Of a stretch of 64,000 bases of DNA, positions 49,144 to 60,936 are shown one piece after another (position 1 is the stretch's first letter; every line of letters starts with the position of its first letter). Position numbers and translations under genes: made by a program. The notes beneath the pieces were generated by a model, which saw only the letters and a list, made by a program, of their open reading frames with translations, ran no database searches and was not told the origin of the DNA. This stretch comes from Podarcis pityusensis (taxonomy: Eukaryota): assembly GCA_964106645.2 (NCBI GenBank), contig OZ067041.1, one strand, 5' to 3'.

Positions 49144-49437
49144 CTTGTACAATGACTTGTATTTCATGACCTGGGAGTATGCTTTCCCCCATAGTAGCTT
49201 GACACTGATAGCGTCCACTGTCATTCTTAGAAATAGGCAAAAATTGCAAAACAAAATCATGGCCTTTCCAAAAAATATTGTGTCTTTGTCCTTGAGGCAG
49301 AATTTCACTGTTCCTGTACCAATTTATCGTAAGATTCTTTTGGCAATCCATCACTGGGCACTTTATACTGAATGAAACGCCAGCATTTATCGTGTAGTTG
49401 GTTCCCCTTCGGACAGAAATAGTGCAGTTTTCATTCC
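49144..49437 (-). CDS. BTLA: BTLA exon 2 (Ig domain)
   Basis: ttttttctttcag| acceptor, G|gtaag donor, 294 nt. NENCTISVRRG..INAGVSFSIKCPVMDC..W..FVLQFLPISKNDSGRYQC resembles human BTLA (ESCDVQLYIKRQ..ILAGDPFELECPVKYC..FILHFEPVLPNDNGSYRC). Confidence 0.93.
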
Positions 49438-49664
49438 CTGAAAGAAAAAAGTGGGGTGGAAATTATGCCTGACACACCTCAGATATTTTTGCATTGTTAG
49501 CAATAATCATTTCATTGGCGTCTTGTTGGTTTTCCCATCCATGCAATACCTTTCTACAGGCAATGCTTTAGATGAGAAGAACTGATTGGCAAGCTAATGT
49601 GATATAAAATATTGACATCAGTCATCTGTTATTGGTTTAATCACAGCCAAGATATTTATAAATT

Positions 49665-50110
49665 ATTATTATTGTTATTAGTATATTTATTTCTATCCCT
49701 TTTCCCCAGACTGGAACTCATGGCGGCTTAGAAAGATAAAACAGAACAAGCTTAAAAACAAAGAAAAGATAATTATTTAAAATGTAATTAAACACTAACA
49801 GAATCAAAATGCTATAAAAAGATCCGTTAAAAACATAAACAGTAACTACACATCCCAACAACACCCCTTTCCTAAAAACACAGTCAGTTCCCAAAGGCCT
49901 GTTGGAACAAGTCTTCACCTGCCAGCAGAAGGACAGCAATGACACAGCCAATCTAACTTCTTTAAGGAGTGAGTTCCAAAGTCTGGGAGCAGACACCAAG
50001 TGGGTGGTGGGACCAAGAGAAAGACCTTCCACAAAGAGTTCGGAGCCTGGACAGGTTTGTATGAGGGAATGTGGTATTTCAGATAACATGGACCTTGGCA
50101 TCAGAAGTCT
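49665..50110 (-). mobile_element. L2-type LINE 3' fragment
   Basis: SAPRLWNSL..VRLA.SLLSF peptide and A-rich tail. An oppositely oriented L2 piece follows at 50150-50283. Confidence 0.7.
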
Positions 50111-51337
50111 GTTATCAGAAGTCTGGATGGTCAAACAGTTACTTCTTGCTAAGCCCCATTATGCTGCCCAGACACTGAGGTCCAGCTCCGAGGGCCTTCT
50201 GGTGGTTCCCTGATTGCGAGAAGTGACGTTACAGGGAACCAGGCAGAGGGCCTTCTCGGTAGTGACGCCCGCCCTGTGGAAACGGTAGCCCTTCTTCAGT
50301 GCCTACTGTGGTCAATGGGGCAGTAGGCATGGGGAGGGGATTTGATTCTGTTTGCATTTAAAGGTGAACCTACCTAATTTGCACAGTGTGCAAACTGAAA
50401 CACAGCCAACATCCTAAATTCAAATTTCTCCGAATTTTGCAGCACAGTTCTCCAGTCAAATAATGTGAGCAAAATTGCATATACCAGAGCAAAGTATGCA
50501 TAAGAATGTATACATCAGTGAAAATAACACTCGGAAACATGTTCTATTCGGGGAAATTTACTTTGCAAAAATGTGTACATTAGGCACAGGCAAAAGTGGG
50601 CATATTATGAGAAATTTGCACTAAAATGCTGATGGATTTATATGGGGACTTAAAAAAAACCCCATATCATGAACTAATGCAGTGAGCTAAATTTCAGATT
50701 GGAAAAATGAGGAAACTGATTCACCTACCCCCTTCTGACCAGTGACCACAAGGCAACTTCAGCTACAGAAGGTGGAAATGGAACTAGGTGTGTGGCTGAA
50801 ATTTGAGAACAAGGAATTGTGTGGGGCTTATGTAAATCTGTGGTTTTAGGAGGGAAGACGAAGTAGCAGGCTGCAGCCAGTTTGCCACAAAAAGTGGTAG
50901 AAGAGAGTGCTGTTTGGTTGCCTGGGTCAAGTAGGCATAAATAGAATGACACGGTGCGGTTCAATAACTTGATCTGATTTACGAAGTTCAGGCATTTTAA
51001 AAGCCACAACAATATCCTCAAGTAAGTCTTGTTCCCCTCCCCATATCTGAATAGAAGAATCTACAATCAAGACCCAAGCACTCCTATGGTTTTCAGCAAA
51101 TGGTGGAATTGCTGTCTCTGACCATGAAGGCAGAGCATAGCCATCATGGCTGGTAGCCATCAACAGACTTAGCCTCCAAAACACAAAATTCATAGCAAGG
51201 TTGATTGCTGCCAGAAGGTGAGTGCCACTGGTTTCCTAAAATTCAGAGACTCTTCAACACCCAGTAGTCCAAATCCTTCAGATGTAGATTATATGGCATG
51301 AGACCACTTGCAAATTTGAAAGGCACACAGGCATGTG

Positions 51338-51353
51338 CACACACACAAACACA

Positions 51354-51407
<54 letters not shown>
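51338..51407. repeat. (CA)n(GA)n compound microsatellite
   Basis: Direct inspection. Other SSRs: (AAC)n 2456-2498, (GAAA)n 3304-3345 and 9096-9138, (CA)n 39448-39486. Confidence 0.95.
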
Positions 51408-51411
<4 letters not shown>

Positions 51412-52476
51412 TGCAAAAATATTTCTTTTAAATCTTGGTAACTGAAGAACTAGGGCACACTTCTCTTTGGTACTTTGAGAAACACACATTTGCTGGTTTA
51501 AAGTGTAGTTTCATACTTGAATATGCACTGCTGAATACAAATGAAAGTGTTAATCAACCTGGCATTACTTTATATATTTGCTGTATTTGTGTCCTACCTT
51601 TCCTCCAAGTTGCTCAAGGCAGCATGCATGATTTTCCCTGTCTCCATTTTTCCTTTGCAATAACGCTTTCATGTAGGGTTAGGCTGAGAGATAGTGACTG
51701 GCTCACCCATGATCACTGACACCCAGCGGGCGACACCAGTGGGGGGGATTTGAACCCGGGTCTCCCTGATCCTAGTCCAACACTATACCCACCTACACCA
51801 CAGAACAGCCTTTGGTGATAGAAAGCCATTTCACGTGTTCTAACATTTAATTATTCATTGAAGATAAAGTGTTCTATAAAATGTTTAAAATAAATAAGTA
51901 ATGTCCCAGGAAAGACAAGCTCCCATTTGTCTGCTCACAGTGGTCATAAAAACATATGGAGGTAAGGTGAAGGTATCTACGAGATGTTTCCAAACATTTG
52001 TCTCTCCTCTGCATGGTACAATGGCTGCCACAGTCAAAGCATTTCCTGTAAAACATTAGCTATTTTGCTTCTTTACCTTGAGTTCCAGACCAATTAAAAG
52101 CAATAAAATATTGATGCATTTATCAGCCACTTTATCAGACAACTGCAGAGAGAGGATTTCAGAATATTATGCTCTGATTAATAGTTAGAAGCTTTCTCTC
52201 TAACCTAAACTTATTCTTGAGTAGTTTTATAGTGTGGGTACCTGCAACCTTCCAGCATTGTTAGGCCTCCAATCTCCTCAACAATCAGCCATATTAATGT
52301 GCCCTTTGCACTGTATTGTCATATTGCCACTCATTCTCCTGTTTTTCAAACTGGAATGAACAGGATTAGTCATTTCAGCCTGTTTTCATTATATAATGTC
52401 TCCATCCTGCTAACACTCTGCTTGCTCTTCTCTGATACTGCACCCATTATCATATGGAAGACACCAATTCACATAT

Positions 52477-52731
52477 GAAGAAGAAGAAGAAGAGTTTGGA
52501 TTTGATATCCCGCCTTTCACTCCCTTTAAGGAGTCTCAAAGCGGCTAACATTCTCCTTTCCCTTCCTCCCCCACAACAAACACTCTGTGAGGTGAGTGGG
52601 GCTGAGAGACTTCAAAGAAGTGTGACTGGCCCAAGGTCACCCAGCAGCTGCATGTGGAGGAGCGGAGACTCAAACCCGGTTCCCCAGATTATGAGACTAC
52701 CGCTCTTAACCACTACACCACACTGGCTCTC
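52477..52731 (-). mobile_element. tRNA-derived SINE with (CTT)n tail
   Basis: Reverse-complement copy of the same family in BTLA intron 1. Confidence 0.85.
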
Positions 52732-53007
52732 AGAAGGGTGGCTGTAATTATTCAGTGAAGAAGAGAAATTTCAGCCCCAATATAGATATATAGTGTTCGA
52801 ATATAGATTAATAGTGGCTTCTCTGTTGGAGCTGAACCCTGGTGTGAAATATTCTAAGGCTGAGAATAAGGCCCATTATTGTACTATTTAGCCCAATTTG
52901 AGCTGTAGCCTGAACTTAACAGTTGTGTCTAGCCACCTGAAAACATTTAGAAATAAAGGTTTCACACACATTTCACTGGCATTCAGATAGATACGGCCAT
53001 ATCTTAC

Positions 53008-53077
53008 CATGTGCCCATGTATTCTCCAGCGTCAGCATCAGAAAGAGGGAGCGCATTGCAAAGCTACCTGCGTACAT
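53008..53077 (-). CDS. BTLA: BTLA exon 1 (signal peptide)
   Basis: gccATG start, encodes MYAGSFAMRSLFLMLTLENTWAH, phase-1 G|gtaag donor. In-frame stop 8 codons upstream. Ends in ..HG like the human BTLA leader. Confidence 0.85.
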
Positions 53078-53289
53078 GGCCTGGAATGTAGCTTCACTTC
53101 ATAGTCATCGTGGAAAAGAAAGCTGATCCGTCAGGATGAAACTCTTTTTCTGGTGCAGTTTCAGCAGCTTCTTAATTCAGCTTGTGGAGGCTCATGTAGA
53201 AACACTTCAGTTACCTCAAGAAAGTGAGCCAGACTGGAGGCGTGAGGGGATGTGAAAGAGCTCTGCCACGCTCACAACAAATCAAATTT

Positions 53290-53420
53290 GCTCACCGTAG
53301 AACTTCCTGCAGCCGCTGCTGGTTTCCAAAGCCTCTTGCCTCCAAAACCAGACAGAATGAAATGGGGGGGGGGGGGTTGTGTGTGTGTGTGTTTTGCACC
53401 TTGAAAGAGGAACTGGTGGA
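53290..53420 (-). promoter_or_regulatory. Candidate BTLA proximal promoter with ETS/PU.1 sites
   Basis: CAGGAAGT on - near 53303 and AAAGAGGAACTG near 53404, 200-340 nt upstream of the ATG. Confidence 0.35.
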
Positions 53421-56400
53421 TGGAAACAAAATAAAATCAGCAGAACATTTTTCAAACAGCAGCTTCAATTTCAAAATCAAATCAAATCCGTTTATTGTGA
53501 GGACCATGCCTGTACACAAACATTAACACAACAATAGTTAAAAAATATTAAAATTCATTACATACTACGCCAACAAAACCTTCATCCCACAAAATAGAAA
53601 GAGAGGGAAAACAAGCAACGAGTTAAACAGACGATGAAGGGGTCTTTACATTGTCATCCATAAATCTTTCCCTGGCTTTCATGGCCTTCATCACAAAAAC
53701 CGCTACCACATGGGTAATACGTGGGTTTGCATCAATTTCTTAAAAAGCATTTGAAAAAGTAAATATTTTTTTTGAAAAAATAAAAAATAAAGGATTGTTG
53801 CAGCACCTCATTTGGATGTCTTCTTTCTTTTGGAAATTCATGTCACTCCTTCTAAGAGCGAACTCATGTGCTGAGTGCCAACAAAGTTGTAACCAAAATG
53901 GGAGAGCAGTGCTATTTTTCTAGAAAAAGAGCTGCTGGAACTCCCCCCAAATGCCTCCCTTGTTCTCTTATAATGGCCACGGCGCCCACCTGAGAGGTGC
54001 CAGAACTGAGTTCCGGCTGAAGAAAAAGCCCTGTAGAGAAGTATCAGCATGCTCAGTGGGAACCCTGAATTTTGCAGAGGGGCAACAAATAAAAATACTC
54101 ACACTACTGGGGCAACCCTCCCTCCAAGAACCTTCACGTCAACCCTATGAGGACTGCACATGCTCAGTAGCCATGGAATGGTGGCAAGCAGTTGCAGAAT
54201 GGCTTGATGAAGGAGGCCCTGGCTGGCACCCTGAGCAGGAATACCTGTGTTATGAAATAAGAATATGTTGCAACATTTTGTTGCCCCTGCCACTTGTACA
54301 CATAGCAACATGACTGAACAGAATTTCATAACACAGATCGCTTATGGATATTAATGATAGATAGATGATATACTTTTGCTTTTTTGTTAACACAGAGGGA
54401 GTTAAGAGATCGTTTCTCTCACCACTGTTAATGCCAGTGAGGTTTCCTCTAATTTTGCCAAGCCAAATTACCAGTAATATTTAGGGCTAATGCAGATGAT
54501 GTCTTTCAGCAATGCTTGAGACTATAAGGAAAAGGCTGCAGAAATCTGGGACAGCTGTAGGAGGAAATTTCTATGTCCACAGCCTGCTCCTGATTTCTTA
54601 AATATATAGGAAGTTTTGTGGGCAAGAGGGGTCCTTTAATCAGGTTGAAAAATCTTTTCTAGTTGTTATTTTAGAAGTTTGCTCACTTAGCTTATCAGTC
54701 TCACATGCAAGAGACATCCGAGAACCCGTGGGCTTATTCTGCAAAGGTATCCCAACTATGAAATGCCCTCCCCCTTGGCATACAATTGGCACCAGCTCTG
54801 ATGAATCTTTGGTGCCATTTGAAAACTCTCCTATTTCAGCAGACTTTTATGAGAGCTTAATTGCCTTGGACTGGTTTTGGTCCTTATTGCTGCTATTGAG
54901 ACTGTTGTGATTTTATCTGCTGCTCTTATTTCTAATTGTCTCCAGACAGATCCACTTGCTTTCAGTTAAAGGTGACATTCCAGAATTTTTGTGTTGTCAA
55001 AAGGATAAAATTATTTCATAGGCCAGCGGTGCTGTCATAACGTCGTCAAAACAGCTACATCTTTACATTAGTCCATTGCGCTGTACAAGAAATAAATTAT
55101 TCTAGAACCGCCAGGAATGAGAAACCCGTGCCCTGCTTTTTATCCAGGTGTTTTCTTCTCCTGGGTATTTGGATAAAACAGGCTTTCTCCAATGTGGAGC
55201 CCTCCAGACATTGTTGGTTTCTTAACTCCCATCAGTCCTAGCCAATATGGCCAACAATCAAGGAGGGTGCGAACTGGAGTCCCACATCTGAAGTCCCACA
55301 GGCTCCTTATTACTGACTGAAATGACTCTTTTCAATAAGGAAGCAAAACCTTTATTTTAGATAATGACTATGCTACAATATAACACACTGACACATTTTT
55401 AGGTGCGATCCTAAACTCTAAGCAGGGCATCACGGAGTGCCAACTCGACACTCCCAGTGCTCACACCAACCTGGGTGGAATGTGGAGTGGCAAGCAAAAA
55501 CACCCCTTTGCTCTGCTAGCAGCCAGGCTGGTGCAGCCAAGAGGATTAGATTCTCTCCAATGTCATGACATGAGGGTGGCAAGATCTCAGGAGAATCTAA
55601 TGGATGCTGGGCCAGGCCAGGCCTGCTTCCCCAAAACACGTCAAGGCTTTCGGCGAGTGGGCTGTTAGTGGTAAGATCTGCCTGTTGTTTGGGTGGGCAC
55701 GTTGGGGGCCCCCTGTTTGTAGAGGCTAGCAGAGCTAGGCAGGGCTGGGAAGAGGGACATCTCAGCTGCACCCAAACCCCATCTAGCATGGCAGCTTGGA
55801 TTGCTCTATTTTGCCAAAAGAAATAACAGAAAGGGGGAAACGAAAAGTAGTCAGTGCCACCTTTCTATCTGGCAGTTCTGCTATGTATCTTTTGCTGTTC
55901 AAATATGACCTTGCTGCCATTGTTTTAAAACTCTTTATTTTGTAAAGTTAACACAGAACTTTAAAAACATAAAGACAATGAATATTCAACATGCATAAGC
56001 AAACAAAAAATATCCTAGCAGCAAATTCAAAGATGGAACAGTAAAAAGGGATAGCAAGATTATCCATACAATATATATCTATAAATAAATGGTAATGGTT
56101 AGCACACTGTTATTTTGTTCCTTATTTCACTCAAGAAAAAAAGTTATAATGGAGACACAAAATCAGTTTAACTACGTCACTATCTATCTTTGCATGGTTG
56201 TAATAGACTATTTTTTTATTTATTTTTAAAAAAACCTTAGGGAGTTAGGGATTTTTGAGTAGCATAAGAACATATCCTAGTTGGCAGAAACTATTTTTGC
56301 CATCTCTTGTAAACTGGACAGGTTAGTTCAAAAGTTTTCTCAATCCATTATAACAATCAATATAAAAACCTGAACTTTTAACTTCATAAAAATGCAGGTT

Positions 56401-59400
56401 TGGAAATTTGGTGGGAGCCAGTTTTCAAAAGACAATTAGGTATGTCTTGACAACTATATGAAGAACAGTAACACCTTGGTTTGTATTCAAACTTACAGGG
56501 CAGTCCAATGCATTTCTACTCAATATATTGCTCCACTGAGTTAAGTGAAAAGTTAATCATGACTTAAGTTCCATTAACCTCAACAGGAACTAAATGCAAC
56601 TAATTTAGGTTGTTCTCTAATGCACACTTACTTGAGAGTAAGCCCAATGGGACTCACTTCTGAGTAGACATGCATAGGATTGAGCTTTTGGCTTGGATCC
56701 AACCCATTATTAGCGGCGTCCTTCATCCCCAACCCAATCTGGATGGTTTGTACAACGTTAACATCTGATTGTGAAGGATGCTTCAGTAAATGTATGCTCT
56801 TTCTCAACCAGATACTCATTTTAGCATTAAGAAAGCTTAGAAACATTTCTGTCTCACAAAAGTAGAAGTCTTGTGTTCAATGGAGTCTAGAACAACAAAA
56901 ATTGATGTATTTGAAATTTCTGCTCTATGTCAATTGAGAACATATGAGCAGCCAAATCCTATACTTGGAAGCAAGTCCCATGAATTCAACATGACTTATG
57001 TTGAAGTACGCATGTACAGGACTGTGGCTTTCAATAGCTATTCAAAAGCCAAATCATGTTTAGGCAACTACTCAGACCAATCTGTAAAACATTAAGTTAT
57101 ATTCCTTTGGCTAGGTTGCTACTAGTTACTTATTTCAGTTCTAATTCTTACATGCACAAATGACACAAAAATAACGTGTGCAAAGGTAAACTATCCATTT
57201 TATGCTTACAGAAGTCTGGCTTTCAACAATTCTTTTCATTGGTACGGTCAAAATAGTGATTTAATATCCTAAAGAAAAGGAATCTAATGTTACTTGTTTC
57301 CATGATTTGTACCAGTCGTCTGGGTTAATGGCATCATGGTGCAGCTTCCATTCTTCTACATAGCACACTTATGCACGGCCTTTTCACTTAAAACATAATG
57401 GGCCAAACAAGAACTGTTTAACTGAATGGTAGCCAACCAAATGTTGGTGGACTGCTACTCCCATAATCTCTGAACCTTAAACCATTAAGGGTTGGTGGGA
57501 GTTGGAACCCAATAACATCTTGAGGGAACCAAGTTAGGGCAGGGGTAGTTAATGTATTTTGTGCTGAGATGTGTAAGTTTCAGAAGCACAAGGCAATTCA
57601 TGGATCACCACTCTGCACATTAATTGAAAGGGTGAAAAGAAAGTGTACAAATGCACACATACCGCCTCCCCTGCTCTTTGCTGGCATTTCCTTGTGAGTG
57701 ATGAAGCTGCCCTACAAATAGAAGAACCAAAGCAATACAAATATCCCAGGAGTACAGCACATGCATTTCCCACTGCCATGCGCAATGGGACCTACTCCCT
57801 TTCTGACATCATAAAAAGGAAGCTTGTAGATGAAGATGACAGGGAAGTACACATATATTGATGGCACAGCATTCTAATTCACTAGAATTAGTAGACAAGC
57901 AAAATAAAATAAAATAAAAACAAGTTGTTGTTTTTTGTAGGGAACTACCAACTTGCTCCAGCATTCCTCTCTGACAAAGGTAGATTACTGTTTAATGTTT
58001 ATTTTTAAAAAAATGTAAGGTATCTGAAATTAAATGAGATAAATTTTCAACAGAAAATATCTGCTATGGACCCAAACAGGGCATTTTTCTACTCCCAATT
58101 CATTATTATGAGCTTTCTTCAAAAGTAAGAAAGCTGTTCTAATCTTAAAACTTGACAATGGCCTGCCTGTGAAACTGATGCACCAGTGTCACCCAGTCCA
58201 ATAGAGTAACACATTTCTTTTTAATGCTGCACTGGAGTACTGCATCTCTGCACTTGAGAACTATTGTGCAGGAAGTCTATACTGGAACACACATTCTGTG
58301 TGCCAGTAACTGTTTTTCATTCTGGAACTGAATATTAAGGCTGTGATCCTTTGTTCAGCTACGAGTTAATTAAGCTTAGGGCTGATTAGGTTCAGCCCAA
58401 GAAAGAAAACCCCAATAGTTTCTTCCATGCTGCAGATGTAACATTAGGAGCAATACATGGGGTTCTATTGGATTCTTTAAACAAAAAATCAGAGTACTTT
58501 GGCAACAACTGCAGTGGCAGGAAAAAAACAGAAAAGGGAAAAGGAAGGTGGGGTGGGGGACACACAGAAGCTCCTCCTCAAATATATAGAAACTTATAAC
58601 AGATGCCACCTATGCAATTTCATACAAATATGAGAGCAAAAAAATGGATTAAATATGAAATATACTGTTTTTCGTAAGCTAAGCAGTCCAGATCCTGGGC
58701 TACATTCACCAATGCCAAGCTCAACGTGGCACTGCAGATTTTGGATAATCTCCAACATAAAGAGTATATACCTACTAGAGTAACTTGGCTCCATTGATTT
58801 CAATGGGTCTACCTTGGTGATCACCCACTTCCTCAAACTCTATGCAACTTTTCAATGCAATATTGCCTGTGTGACTGCGTCAAAACCTTCCAGTGAATCT
58901 GCATGTTCCTTAAACTGCTTATTCTGCTCTCTTATCTGTTTTAGTCCAAGAAAAGAGGGGAAAGTGTGGGGAAAGAAATGGACCCATCATCTGACTCCAA
59001 CCAGATGTCTATGGTGAAGTTTCCTATTCTTTTCTATTTGATTTGGGCTTTGGATGTTAATTAATAATAATTTTAAAAAATAGGACAGAAATAAAAAGCT
59101 ACTTTGCTTCCTTTGCAATTCCACCAAGAAAAAGTAAAATGTCTGGGGCATGATGCTTTTAAAAGTTATGCATTTAAAAACTCAATCAATAGAAAAGACA
59201 GTTATGGTAAACTCTCCCATTCTAATCAATGGGAAGCAAAAGTGCTTAACTGTGGTAGGATCAGGAATTGCTGTTAGCTAATGCATGAAGAAATATATTA
59301 GTCATGAATTACAAATTCCTATTAATGCTTTGCTCCTTGGAAAACATTTCATAAAGAAAAAGACAACAGCCAGTGAAGCAAAAGGTATCATCAGTAACTC

Positions 59401-60438
59401 TAGGAATTCGTATTACATAAACCTAAACTGTGCAAAGTTCAAAAACATGAGATATTCACGTAGATTAAAAAAAACAAAAACCCAACCACCTATTTGAGCC
59501 AGCTTTGAAATTAATCAGGGAGCAATGGAAATGCACATTAGACAACTTATATTTATATCCATTATTTGCAAAACATTGCCATCTACAGGCAGCTGACTGC
59601 GTAACTTTACTCTTACAGTCCTGCAGCTTTCCTCTGATCTGTAGTATAATTAGGGATGTGGGAAAATTGCCCCTTTAATTCTGTGGAGTATGTCATATAC
59701 TCTTGCTTTCAGGACTGTGTACGCAAAAGGGATGCTCAGCAGAATGAGCATCCAACAGTAGATGCTACCCTTGGCTTTCAATGGGATGCACATCTACATC
59801 CTTACAACCCTCAACAGCTATGCAAGAGTTTGCACATCCAGCCACCAGTTAAAACTTCTCCATCTAACAGAATGTAAATCACATAGAATGAGATAGAAAG
59901 TGGGTTCAGGATAATAGCGCAAACCAGAAAAATGGAAACAGTAGCATTGGAAATCAAGCCTGCAGGATTGCTTTGGCATCCCTAAGTATAGCTATGCTGG
60001 AGATAAATTTATGCTGAAAATACGGGGCACGCATATTGGGCATATATGAATACATGTTAAAGCCAGAAATTAGACTATTGAGTTTGACCATGCCTAATTT
60101 GATCATTTGCAATTATCAGGTAATGCAGGAGGATGAAAAGCGAGCAAAGGAATTTTTCTACAATAATGATTTAGCACTGGACTGTACAAACTCAGCAACA
60201 TGGCACCTTTCTGCCATTTCCCCCCACTCAAGGAGCTCAACAACATTTTAGATCCAAACTCTTGTAATACTAGAGTCACCAACAATTTGTTGCACACCGT
60301 TGCGTTTTGCAATAGATTGTCATTTTACAATACAAAAACCATTACGTAACATTGCATGTGCATGAATATAAAAATAAACCACGTCACTGCTATGCAACTG
60401 TTAATACTCCACACTTAGAACCAAGTGGCCTCCTCCAC

Positions 60439-60936
60439 TCAGTGGTCTTCAGACTTGAGAAGCTGGTGTGAATACCCATCAGGCAAGTAGGTTTTTCTTA
60501 GCTGGTCTGCCTTGGGTATGGAGTTCCCATTCTTCACGTGGCGAGAGAGGAAAGCTCGCACAGCTGGGTGATCAGCCTTCTCGAGGGGAATGCTAGCTTC
60601 CAGAAACATTTTTACAAAGTCCTGGACGACACCGGGCTTCTCTATCGGGGCTGCACTGTTGCACTGCAAAGAGGCAGTCAGAGTTCGCGGTTTCTTCCTG
60701 ACAGTTTGCTCCTCAAACTCCCCCTTGCGTTTGGTGTGCGTTTTGGATTTGAGATGGTCATTGATGGCGGACTTGCGAACATGATTCAGAACCACATTGC
60801 AGAATGTGCAGTACAGTTTCCCCCCGTCTTCATACAGTTCGCTGCCAAATTCAGTAACGCGATCCTGAGGAGTCACATACAAAGCGGTTTTAGAACGGCT
60901 CCGGGAGGGAGGTGGCTTCACGTCAAATCGTTCCAT
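60439..60936 (-). CDS. CGGBP1: CGG triplet repeat-binding protein 1 (single coding exon)
   Basis: MERFDVKPPPSRSRSKTALYVTPQDRVTEFG..KLYCTFCNVVLNHVRKSAINDHLKSKTHTKRK..IPLEKADHPAVRAFLSRHVKNG, near-identical to vertebrate CGGBP1, 165 aa. Splice acceptor ttgttttaag| at 60958, 21 nt upstream of the ATG. Confidence 0.97.
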   Translation of the reverse strand: MERFDVKPPPSRSRSKTALYVTPQDRVTEFGSELYEDGGKLYCTFCNVVLNHVRKSAINDHLKSKTHTKRKGEFEEQTVRKKPRTLTASLQCNSAAPIEKPGVVQDFVKMFLEASIPLEKADHPAVRAFLSRHVKNGNSIPKADQLRKTYLPDGYSHQLLKSEDH

